Origin: Myxococcales bacterium | Lineage (GTDB): Bacteria; Myxococcota_A; Bradymonadia; Bradymonadales; Bradymonadaceae | Assembly: GCA_007120915.1 (NCBI GenBank) | Contig: SKMT01000149.1 | Span: forward strand, 1 to 28,165 | Direction: 5' to 3' | DNA: 28,165 bases | Shown here: positions 20,797-28,165 of the stretch, piece after piece | How the letters are laid out: each line of letters starts with the position of its first letter | How positions within the stretch are numbered: the first letter of the stretch is position 1 | Made by a program: the position numbers and the translations under genes | Notes under the pieces: model-generated | Database searches by the model: none | What the model saw: the letters and a program-made list of their open reading frames with translations, nothing else | What the model was told of the DNA's origin: nothing

Positions 20797-21930
20797 ATGC
20801 CCGAAACCAAGGACACCCCGATCCGCTACGCCGTCGTGGGACTGGGTCACATCGCCCAGGTCGCCGTGTTGCCGGCGTTTTTCAACGCCGAAAACTCCAC
20901 GCTCACCGCCCTGGTCTCCAGCGACGAGGTCAAACTCGCCAAACTGGGCGCACGCTACGAGGTGGGAAGCCGTCACCGCTACCGCTACGAAGACTACGAC
21001 AAGCTGCTCGAAGACGACCTGGTCGACGCGGTCTACATCGCCCTTCCCAACCACCTGCACCACGACTACGTAACCCGCAGCGCCGAAGCCGGCCTGCACG
21101 TGTTGTGCGAAAAGCCCCTGGGTGTGACCGCCGAAGAATGCCAGGAGATGGTCGAAGTCTGCGAAGAAAACGACGTGCAACTGATGACCGCCTATCGGCT
21201 GCACTTCGAGGAGGCCAACCTGGAGGCCATCAACACTGCCCGAAGAGGCGACATCGGCGAGCCCCGGTTTGTGCAGGCGTCGTTCAGCCAGAACGTCAAA
21301 CCCGGCGACATTCGCCTCGAACCACTCGAAAAGGGCGGGGGCACCATCTACGACATGGGCATCTACTGCATCAACGCCGCCCGCTATCTGTTCGGCGACG
21401 ACCCCACCGAAGTAGTCGCCTTCTCCGAGAGCAAAACCGGCGACGAGCGATTCTCCGACTGCGACGAGATGACCACCGCAATCCTCAGGTTTCCCAGAAA
21501 CCGCATCGCCTCCTTTACCACCAGCTTCGGCGCCTGGGAGACCTCCACCTATCGACTCGTCGGCACGCAGGGCGAAATCGTACTCGACCCCGCCTTCGGA
21601 TATGCCACCAACCTGGCCTACGAGCTACACGCCGGCGACAAAAGCGCAGGCCGCACTCTCGAAAAACGCGACCAGTTCGCCCCGGAGTTGATCTATTTCT
21701 CCGAATGCATCCGCCGCAACTCCCACCCCGAACCGGACGGGTACGAAGGCTGGGGCGACGTCCAGATCATCGAGGCGATCTACGAGTCCGCAGCCACCGG
21801 ACAACCCGTCCAACTCGATGTGGTCGAACCGCCCAAACGCCCCGACGTCAACCAGATCATCACCCGTCCCGGATTCGGCAAGCCCGATGAGATCGGCGCC
21901 TCGGGGCCGAAGGACTGGGACGGTCAGTGA
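20797..21930 (+). CDS. Gfo/Idh/MocA family oxidoreductase (glucose-fructose oxidoreductase-like)
   Basis: AVVGLGHIA Rossmann motif, AVYIALPNHLH, VLCEKP, GGTIYDMGIY. Start at ATG 20797 after GGGAG. Confidence 0.95.
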   Translation: MPETKDTPIRYAVVGLGHIAQVAVLPAFFNAENSTLTALVSSDEVKLAKLGARYEVGSRHRYRYEDYDKLLEDDLVDAVYIALPNHLHHDYVTRSAEAGLHVLCEKPLGVTAEECQEMVEVCEENDVQLMTAYRLHFEEANLEAINTARRGDIGEPRFVQASFSQNVKPGDIRLEPLEKGGGTIYDMGIYCINAARYLFGDDPTEVVAFSESKTGDERFSDCDEMTTAILRFPRNRIASFTTSFGAWETSTYRLVGTQGEIVLDPAFGYATNLAYELHAGDKSAGRTLEKRDQFAPELIYFSECIRRNSHPEPDGYEGWGDVQIIEAIYESAATGQPVQLDVVEPPKRPDVNQIITRPGFGKPDEIGASGPKDWDGQ

Positions 21931-22007
21931 CCCTGACGACCACCCGTGATTGGCTCAGCAACGGTCGAGCTGCGTTTGTGGTTTAAGCGGTAGTTTGGAC
22001 CGCCGAC

Positions 22008-22109
22008 GTCGTGGGTCTTACGTCGTGGGGCTTGGTACCGGTGATGGTGGTTTCGACCCTCATTAGGTCGGCGAAACGGACCCAAGACCCGAGACACAAG
22101 ACCCACGAC
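22008..22109. repeat. Inverted heptamer arms (ACCCAAG-type) flanking a central stem-loop between convergent genes
   Basis: Perfect 12-bp IR GTCGTGGGTCTT (22008-22019) / AAGACCCACGAC (22098-22109); right arm acccaag acccgag acacaag acccacg; inner TTTCG/CGAAA and GACC/GGTC stems. Confidence 0.8.
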
Positions 22110-22188
22110 TCTACTCGGCGATGCTCTCGAAGTTATGGAGATTCATGCAAAATTGTCGAAGTTAGGTGCTTAAACGAGCACAGATTCA

Positions 22189-22800
22189 CTAGTGGCCCTG
22201 CCGCGGCGTTGTCCCCCGAAACCTGGGCATCGTCGCGTGGCCTTCGCTGCTGATGCCGTCGCGGCGGATGACCTTCCAGAGGGTGCGAAACAAGATTTTG
22301 ATGTCCAGCCACAGGCTGTGGTTGTCCACATACCACACGTCGAGCTCGAACTTTTCGTCCCAACTCAATTCGTTGCGCCCGCTGACCTGGGCCAGCCCCG
22401 TAATCCCGGGGCGCACCTCGTGGCGGCGGGCCTGAAATTCGTCGTACCGCGGCAGATACTCCATCAGAAGCGGGCGGGGGCCCACCAGGCTCATCTCCCC
22501 TTTGAGCACGTTGAACAGCTCCGGCAACTCGTCGATGGACGTGGACCTGAGCAGCTTTCCAATCCGCGTCAGACGCTGCTCGTCCGGCAGCAGTTGGCCG
22601 TCGGGGCCGTGTTCGTCGGACATGGTGCGAAACTTGTAGATTGTAAACGGCTCTTCATCCATCCCGGGGCGGGTCTGCCGAAACAGCACCGGCGAACCCA
22701 ACGTCAGACGCACACCGGCGGCCGCAGCCAAAAGAATCGGCGAAATCGCCACGATGCCCGCGGCAGATGCGACGATGTCGAACAGGCGTTTGGTGGTCAT
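22189..22800 (-). CDS. Polyprenyl-phosphate phosphoglycosyl transferase (Bac_transf, PglC/EpsL-like)
   Basis: KRLFDIV, FRQTRPG, IYKFRTM, SIDELP, GEMSLVGPRP, RPGITGLAQV motifs; 203 aa monotopic size. Confidence 0.95.
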   Translation of the reverse strand: MTTKRLFDIVASAAGIVAISPILLAAAAGVRLTLGSPVLFRQTRPGMDEEPFTIYKFRTMSDEHGPDGQLLPDEQRLTRIGKLLRSTSIDELPELFNVLKGEMSLVGPRPLLMEYLPRYDEFQARRHEVRPGITGLAQVSGRNELSWDEKFELDVWYVDNHSLWLDIKILFRTLWKVIRRDGISSEGHATMPRFRGTTPRQGH

Positions 22801-22980
22801 GGGACTCTTCTGGTCTGCAAGGGGCCGGTCGAATTATCTCCTCCCTTCTAAACATCCGCGGCGTCTACGAGGTTTCAACCCACCGATTTCTGGCCAACCA
22901 CCAATCCGCACGAACATTTAAACCATCCCCCATCAACCAGGAGCTACCACCTTCGACTCCCGACCAACGACGGTCGATCT

Positions 22981-24918
22981 ATGTGCGGAATTACCGGATT
23001 CTGGAACATCAACGCCCGCCCCACCGACCTCGAAGCCATCGAGGCGATGGCCGACGCCCTCACCCATCGCGGGCCCGACGCCCGCGGGGTGTTCACCGAC
23101 GCCGAAGCGGGCCTGGCGATGGGCCACCGCCGCCTGTCGATCATCGATCTCTCCGAGCATGGCGCTCAGCCGATGAAGTCGGCCTGCGGCCGGTTCGTGG
23201 TGGTCTACAACGGCGAGATCTACAACTTCCGGCAGCTTCGCCGTCAACTCCGGTCCAGGCGCCCGGACCTGACGTTTCGCGGCGACTCCGACACGGAAGT
23301 GCTCCTGGAGGCCATCGCCACCTTCGGCGTCGACGACGCCGTCGAGAAGACCAACGGAATGTTCGCCTTCGCGCTGTGGGATCGCAGACGCCGACAGTTG
23401 ACCCTCGGTCGCGACCGGCTGGGCATCAAACCGCTGTACTACGGGCGCGTCGGATCTGCGCTGATGTTCGGATCTGAACTGAAATCTCTGAGGGCCCATC
23501 CCCGCTTTGACGCCGACGTCGACCGCCAGGCGCTCGCCGATCTGCTTCGGCTCAACTCCATTCCCGCCCCTCGCAGCATCTACCGGGGAATCAGCAAGCT
23601 CGAACCGGGCATGCTGGTCAGCTTCGACGCTCCCGACCGACGGGGTCGACTGCGCGACTACTGGTCTGCCCGTGCTGCAGCCGAACAGGGGATATCCACC
23701 CGCTTCCGGGGCACACCTGCCGAGGCCGTCGACGCACTGGAACAGCGGCTTGTTGAAGCAGTTGAAGCCCGGATGATCTCCGATGTGCCCCTGGGTGCAT
23801 TTCTGTCGGGCGGGGTCGACTCGTCGACGGTGGTGGCGTTGATGCAGCAGATATCGGCGCGCCCGGTCAAAACGTTCTCCATCGGATTTCACAACGACGA
23901 CTACAACGAGGCGACCCACGCCGCCGCCGTCGCCGCACATCTGGGCACCGACCACACCGAGCAGTACGTCACCCCCGATGACGCCATGGAGGTCATCCCC
24001 GAGCTTCCACGGCTCTACGACGAACCCTTCGCCGACTCCTCGCAGATCCCGACCCATCTGGTCAGCCAGATCGCTCGCCGCGATGTGACCGTGGCCCTTT
24101 CAGGCGACGGCGGCGACGAGCTGTTCGCCGGGTACAACCGGCATCTGTGGGCACCGCGGATCTGGCGGATGGTCAGCCCCGTTCCGGCGATGGTGCGCCT
24201 GGCGGTGGCCAACCTGTTGACTCGGCCGGACCCGGCGCAGGTCAACGCCATGTATCATCGCGTCGAAGCGGCGCTTCCCCGCCCGCTGCGCGTGCGCGTA
24301 CCCGCAGAAAAACTGCAGAAGCTCGCCGGGATGCTGGCGGTGTCGGGCATCGACGATATCTACGCGAGGCTGCGGGCGCACTGGCCGGATCCTACCGCAG
24401 TGATCCAGCGACTGCCTCGCTACCGGCCCACTGTTCATCGGGTGCCCCAACGCGCCGGGTTCGCCGAACGGATGATGTTCCGCGATCTGGTGGGCTATCT
24501 GCCCGATGACATTCTCACCAAGGTCGACCGCGCTTCCATGGGCGTGTCGCTCGAAGCACGGGTGCCACTTCTGGATCACCGCGTCGTCGAGTTCGCCTGG
24601 CGGCTGCCCATGGAGTTCAAAATTCGCGACGGCCAGTCCAAGTGGGTGCTTCGACAACTGCTGTACCGGCGGGTGCCCCGCCAGCTTATCGAGCGGCCCA
24701 AAATGGGCTTTGGCATCCCGCTTGGCGACTGGTTTCGCACCAGCCTGCGCGACTGGGTGGAGGCACTGCTGGATCCGCACCGACTTCGTCGCGAGGGCTT
24801 TTTCCGAGTCCAGCCGATCCGGCGCATGTGGAACGAGCATCTCGAAGGACAGGCCAACCACCAGCACGAGCTGTGGAACGTGCTGGCATTTCAGGCCTGG
24901 TGGCAACAACACAAGTAG
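22981..24918 (+). CDS. asnB: Asparagine synthase (glutamine-hydrolysing) family amidotransferase, probably glycan-modifying type
   Basis: N-terminal MCGITG, HRGPD, GHRRLSIID, YNGEIYN, RDRLGIKPLYY, LSGGVDSS, SGDGGDELFAGY. Confidence 0.95.
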   Translation: MCGITGFWNINARPTDLEAIEAMADALTHRGPDARGVFTDAEAGLAMGHRRLSIIDLSEHGAQPMKSACGRFVVVYNGEIYNFRQLRRQLRSRRPDLTFRGDSDTEVLLEAIATFGVDDAVEKTNGMFAFALWDRRRRQLTLGRDRLGIKPLYYGRVGSALMFGSELKSLRAHPRFDADVDRQALADLLRLNSIPAPRSIYRGISKLEPGMLVSFDAPDRRGRLRDYWSARAAAEQGISTRFRGTPAEAVDALEQRLVEAVEARMISDVPLGAFLSGGVDSSTVVALMQQISARPVKTFSIGFHNDDYNEATHAAAVAAHLGTDHTEQYVTPDDAMEVIPELPRLYDEPFADSSQIPTHLVSQIARRDVTVALSGDGGDELFAGYNRHLWAPRIWRMVSPVPAMVRLAVANLLTRPDPAQVNAMYHRVEAALPRPLRVRVPAEKLQKLAGMLAVSGIDDIYARLRAHWPDPTAVIQRLPRYRPTVHRVPQRAGFAERMMFRDLVGYLPDDILTKVDRASMGVSLEARVPLLDHRVVEFAWRLPMEFKIRDGQSKWVLRQLLYRRVPRQLIERPKMGFGIPLGDWFRTSLRDWVEALLDPHRLRREGFFRVQPIRRMWNEHLEGQANHQHELWNVLAFQAWWQQHK

Positions 24919-24933
24919 AAGCGGGGGCAGAAG

Positions 24934-25740
24934 ATGCAACGCGTCGAATTCGTAGGACCCCATGGCGTGGGAAAATCGACGGTTTTCAACCAACTGCTCA
25001 AACGGCGCCCCAGACCAGCGCCCTGGCTGACCTACTACGAAGCGCGGCGAAAGGCGGCGACCGACCAGTTGTTCGACAACGCTTCGGCGAAAAACCTCCT
25101 CAAAGCGGCCACCTGCCGAATTCCCGGATTAGGCGACATCTTCGCCGACGCCTACATCCGCCACCAGGCCGAACGAAGGTTCGTCGAAGATGCCGATTCC
25201 CCATATCACCAGTTCTTCAACCATTGCCTCCGGCAGATCATGACTGCCACGTCTGGCCACGGGCCACATCGACACCAAAGAGAGTGTCTCCCTCATCTGA
25301 GGCCAGCCCATTCGCTAAACCTCGCCTGGTTGTTCAGCAAGCTGAAATATCTGCAGTTTCTGGAGCCCATGGACATCACCGTCGTCCTGGACGAAAGCAT
25401 CACTCACTGCGCGGTGGGTCTGATCAATGAACGCAGCACCGTCGCAGAACCACGAGAGTGCTTTCGCCCCCTGCCCCCACCCCACAAACTGGTGCATTTG
25501 AGCGCCCCCGTCGACGAGATCCTCGACCGGCTCATGCGTCGCAGCAGAGACGAAACCTCACCGCGCCACCTCGATTTGAACCAACAGCAGTTGCGCGACA
25601 AGACCCGCCGCATCAGCCGGCTGACCGAAATCGCGGTCTCCACACTTCAGTGGGCCGGCGCCGATGTACTTCAACTGGATGCCATGGAACCGATCGAAGA
25701 GAATGTCCGGCGCGTCGAGGCGTTCCTCCACACCGACTAA
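24934..25740 (+). CDS. P-loop NTPase, nucleoside-monophosphate-kinase-like
   Basis: Walker A GPHGVGKST at the N-terminus, VVLDE, LVHLSAPVDEILDRLMRR lid-like motif; starts 15 nt after asnB. Confidence 0.7.
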   Translation: MQRVEFVGPHGVGKSTVFNQLLKRRPRPAPWLTYYEARRKAATDQLFDNASAKNLLKAATCRIPGLGDIFADAYIRHQAERRFVEDADSPYHQFFNHCLRQIMTATSGHGPHRHQRECLPHLRPAHSLNLAWLFSKLKYLQFLEPMDITVVLDESITHCAVGLINERSTVAEPRECFRPLPPPHKLVHLSAPVDEILDRLMRRSRDETSPRHLDLNQQQLRDKTRRISRLTEIAVSTLQWAGADVLQLDAMEPIEENVRRVEAFLHTD

Positions 25741-25743
25741 GCC

Positions 25744-28165
25744 TCACTCGTCGTTTCTGCCGGGTGACCCGACGGCCAACGCCAGCCCTTCAGCAGCATA
25801 GATCTTCATCCCGTCGACCCACAGCCCGGCGTCACCAACGATGATCGTCTCTGCGTCGGATTCGACGATGTCCGTGACCTCCAACAGCACCGTAAGCTGT
25901 TCGTTCTCCGGCAACACCTGCCCCCGGTACGTCCAGGCGATCTCATGATCGAGGGCCACCGGGTCGATCACCGGGTCGTCAAACCGCCGGTGCAACCCCC
26001 GATCGATGAGCGCGAACCGCAACGTCTGCAGCATCGCCTCCACCCCCAGCGACCCCGGCATCACCGGGTCCTGATAGAAGTGCGCCTTGAAAAACCACTC
26101 CCCCGCATCGATCTGCTTGACCGCCCGATAGCGAAGCGCGTCGTCGTCCCAACGGCCCGTGACCCGATCGATCATGCGCATCCGATCATCGGGCCACAAC
26201 GCTTCATGGGCTTCATCCGGCGCAGATTCGACGCTTATGTTGAATTCCGACTTCTCGTCGAACCAGTCGACCTCGACGGCACTTGTTGAAAGCCCCTTCT
26301 GATCCTGAAGCGCCACTTTCGGGAAAAACCCGAAGGTCGTCTCCATCTCATAGGACAGTTCGCCGTCGACAAAACAGCGAACATCGAAGGATTGAATCGT
26401 CATCGAACCGGATGTTGAATTCCGGGTCATCGTCGTCTGCGTACTCATCTGCTGCACCTCGGCGCTGATGGGTCGGTGAACCGTCGCCGTTCCATCGAGG
26501 TTTCGATAGTGCAGCAGCTCCTCGCTGTTCAGCACCGCCCCGGAGTACAGCGACAGCCACCCACAGGGCTGAAGCGCCGCCTCCATCACCACCGCCATCG
26601 GCGCCTCTGTTAAGCCCGTAGCCTCGAAAAACCAGGCGTGTTCATCGGGGACATCCCACTGCACCTGAACCGTGTCACCGACACTTGCCTGACCGGGCTG
26701 ATCTGGCGCATCGACGACACGCGTCATGAACTGAAAGGGCTCACCGGGAAGCCTGGGCATCCGATCCGGCCCGTCGAACCGCGCGTAGCGCGGGCCCATG
26801 CACATCGTCGCCGGCCCGCAACTGGTCGCCACCATCGCCTGCTTGTCGTGGATCACCTCCCCCTGTTCAAGCGCACGCTCATCGCGGCGGCCGCCCCCCT
26901 CAGTCTTCAACATTTCGCCCATCGGCGTGTCCGGCGTCAGCCGCACCTGCACCCCTCGGGCGTGAAACGCCTTCAACCCATCCACCGTCGCCAGAATATC
27001 GGCCACCAGCGTGGGCCGGTCGCCGTCGATGACCTCTTCGACGAAGATCTCATAGATCAGCGTCTCATTCTGTGGAGTCGCCTGCCCTCGGCACTTCAGA
27101 TCGAAGGTCACCTCCGGCACCGGTTCAAACCGCCAGCCGTCCCGGTCGAGCGTATAGCCCATGGCGATCATGTAGAAACTCATCGCCTCCATCCCCCCCT
27201 CGAACATCAAGGTGCCGGGCATGCAGGGATCTCCCTTGAAGTGCCCGTCGAAAAACCAGTCGTCCTCCCCGATATCATACACGGTCTTCATATATCCCCG
27301 CCCCCGGGGACCACCATCGGGATCCAACTCTTCGACGCGTCCGATCAGACACATGTCACCGGCGTGGATGTTCGGTGTCCTGCTGTGGCAGCGAAGCCGC
27401 TGGTAGCCCTCCCGGAAACAGGCGGTGGGCTCGCCGGCGGCGAATCGTTTGACCGCATCCTCCGGTAGTGACTCCGGGATAAGCTGGCTGTCCACCCGCG
27501 GTGGATCGAGGCGAACATCATCTCGAAACTCCGCGGTTTCGGGCGCCCACAGAATGCCCATCGACTCCGCCAGCTCTTCGTCCGTAAAGAAACCGGCCTG
27601 CCCGTTTCGCACCGACAGCCGCACATCGCCGTCAACGCGGCAGTCGTAGCGAAAGAAGAAGAGCCGCACGTCGCCCTGTTTGGCGTGATCGTCGATGTGA
27701 ATGTCGTATTCGAGCGTATCTCCCGCCTGCGGCAGCCCCTTGTTGTAGGTCAACTCGCAGCCCAACAGCCGGTAGATACGCTCACCCTCATACTCGAAAT
27801 CCACGCCCATCCAGGAGATCAGCAACAGGTCCGCCTGCCCACACTCAATCATCACTCCCGGCGGTATGTGACCGCGAAACAGATACCAACTGTCGGGGGT
27901 GAGATCGGTCTCCGTGTACACCGTGCCCGTTCCCAGCTCGCCCTTTTCGGCGTCGATGTCCATGACCCGATCCGCCAGAAGCAGGGGAGGCTCCGGCATG
28001 CGCACCTGGCGCGGGAAGTCGCGCTGACAGTCGAACATGGGCCCGAAAATATCGGCGATATCCCCGGAGGCGTGCACTTTCAGATCCTCGCGGTCGAACA
28101 GGGGGGCTACAGCCCCGGTGGTTGGTGCTCGGTGCTCGGTGGTTGGCACTTCATCAGCCTCATTA
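25744..28165 (-). CDS. PfaC/Pfa3-like PUFA/long-chain fatty acid synthase, FabA-like dehydratase region; probably 5'-truncated
   Basis: Four hot-dog segments: ECGQADLLLISWMG, WFFDGHFKGDPCMPGTLM, MEAALQPCGWL, WFFKAHFYQDPVMPGSLGVEA. The frame stays open from GTG 28149 to the window edge (N-E-A-D-E-V). Confidence 0.85.
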   Translation of the reverse strand, partial: NEADEVPTTEHRAPTTGAVAPLFDREDLKVHASGDIADIFGPMFDCQRDFPRQVRMPEPPLLLADRVMDIDAEKGELGTGTVYTETDLTPDSWYLFRGHIPPGVMIECGQADLLLISWMGVDFEYEGERIYRLLGCELTYNKGLPQAGDTLEYDIHIDDHAKQGDVRLFFFRYDCRVDGDVRLSVRNGQAGFFTDEELAESMGILWAPETAEFRDDVRLDPPRVDSQLIPESLPEDAVKRFAAGEPTACFREGYQRLRCHSRTPNIHAGDMCLIGRVEELDPDGGPRGRGYMKTVYDIGEDDWFFDGHFKGDPCMPGTLMFEGGMEAMSFYMIAMGYTLDRDGWRFEPVPEVTFDLKCRGQATPQNETLIYEIFVEEVIDGDRPTLVADILATVDGLKAFHARGVQVRLTPDTPMGEMLKTEGGGRRDERALEQGEVIHDKQAMVATSCGPATMCMGPRYARFDGPDRMPRLPGEPFQFMTRVVDAPDQPGQASVGDTVQVQWDVPDEHAWFFEATGLTEAPMAVVMEAALQPCGWLSLYSGAVLNSEELLHYRNLDGTATVHRPISAEVQQMSTQTTMTRNSTSGSMTIQSFDVRCFVDGELSYEMETTFGFFPKVALQDQKGLSTSAVEVDWFDEKSEFNISVESAPDEAHEALWPDDRMRMIDRVTGRWDDDALRYRAVKQIDAGEWFFKAHFYQDPVMPGSLGVEAMLQTLRFALIDRGLHRRFDDPVIDPVALDHEIAWTYRGQVLPENEQLTVLLEVTDIVESDAETIIVGDAGLWVDGMKIYAAEGLALAVGSPGRNDE

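Noticed and set aside
20149-21204. N-terminal extensions of pqqE (to 21204) and of the oxidoreductase (from 20149)
   Set aside because: They would overlap each other head-to-head; recognisable homology starts near 20640 and at 20797.
21986-21997. ops/JUMPstart-like AGCGGTAGTTTG near glycan genes
   Set aside because: One mismatch to GGCGGTAGnnTG, lies downstream of gfo and antisense to the sugar transferase, and has no JUMPstart context.
19480-25740. RiPP or lasso-peptide cluster (radical SAM/SPASM + AsnB homolog + kinase)
   Set aside because: AsnB keeps its N-terminal Cys glutaminase domain, unlike typical lasso cyclases. There is no RRE/PqqD, leader peptidase or precursor, and the genes are on different strands and separated.

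Overview
GC-rich bacterial chromosomal segment. The strongly acidic proteins and Cys-rich lipoproteins suggest a halophilic Bradymonadales/Myxococcota-like organism (inference only). In order it contains: an M50-CBS protease; a DAG-kinase-family gene; a 12-Cys-repeat lipoprotein; a TolC-MFP-RND efflux operon divergent from a FadL-family barrel; a mosaic surface lipoprotein; a co-oriented pqqE / nitrilase-fold lipoprotein / Smr trio; a Gfo/Idh/MocA oxidoreductase; a small PglC-like + asnB + P-loop kinase block; and the dehydratase end of a Pfa-type fatty acid synthase, probably cut by the window edge. I see no rRNA, tRNA, transposase, integrase or CRISPR array. Two things stand out. (1) The minus-strand trio is atypical gene by gene: pqqE has no pqqABCD beside it, the nitrilase fold has Ser where the catalytic Cys should be, and the Smr domain lacks its DxH motif. 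(2) Period-7 tandem repeats of differing sequence occupy many intergenic gaps. Between two convergent gene pairs they form inverted arms around a central hairpin, and they also appear inside two coding regions.
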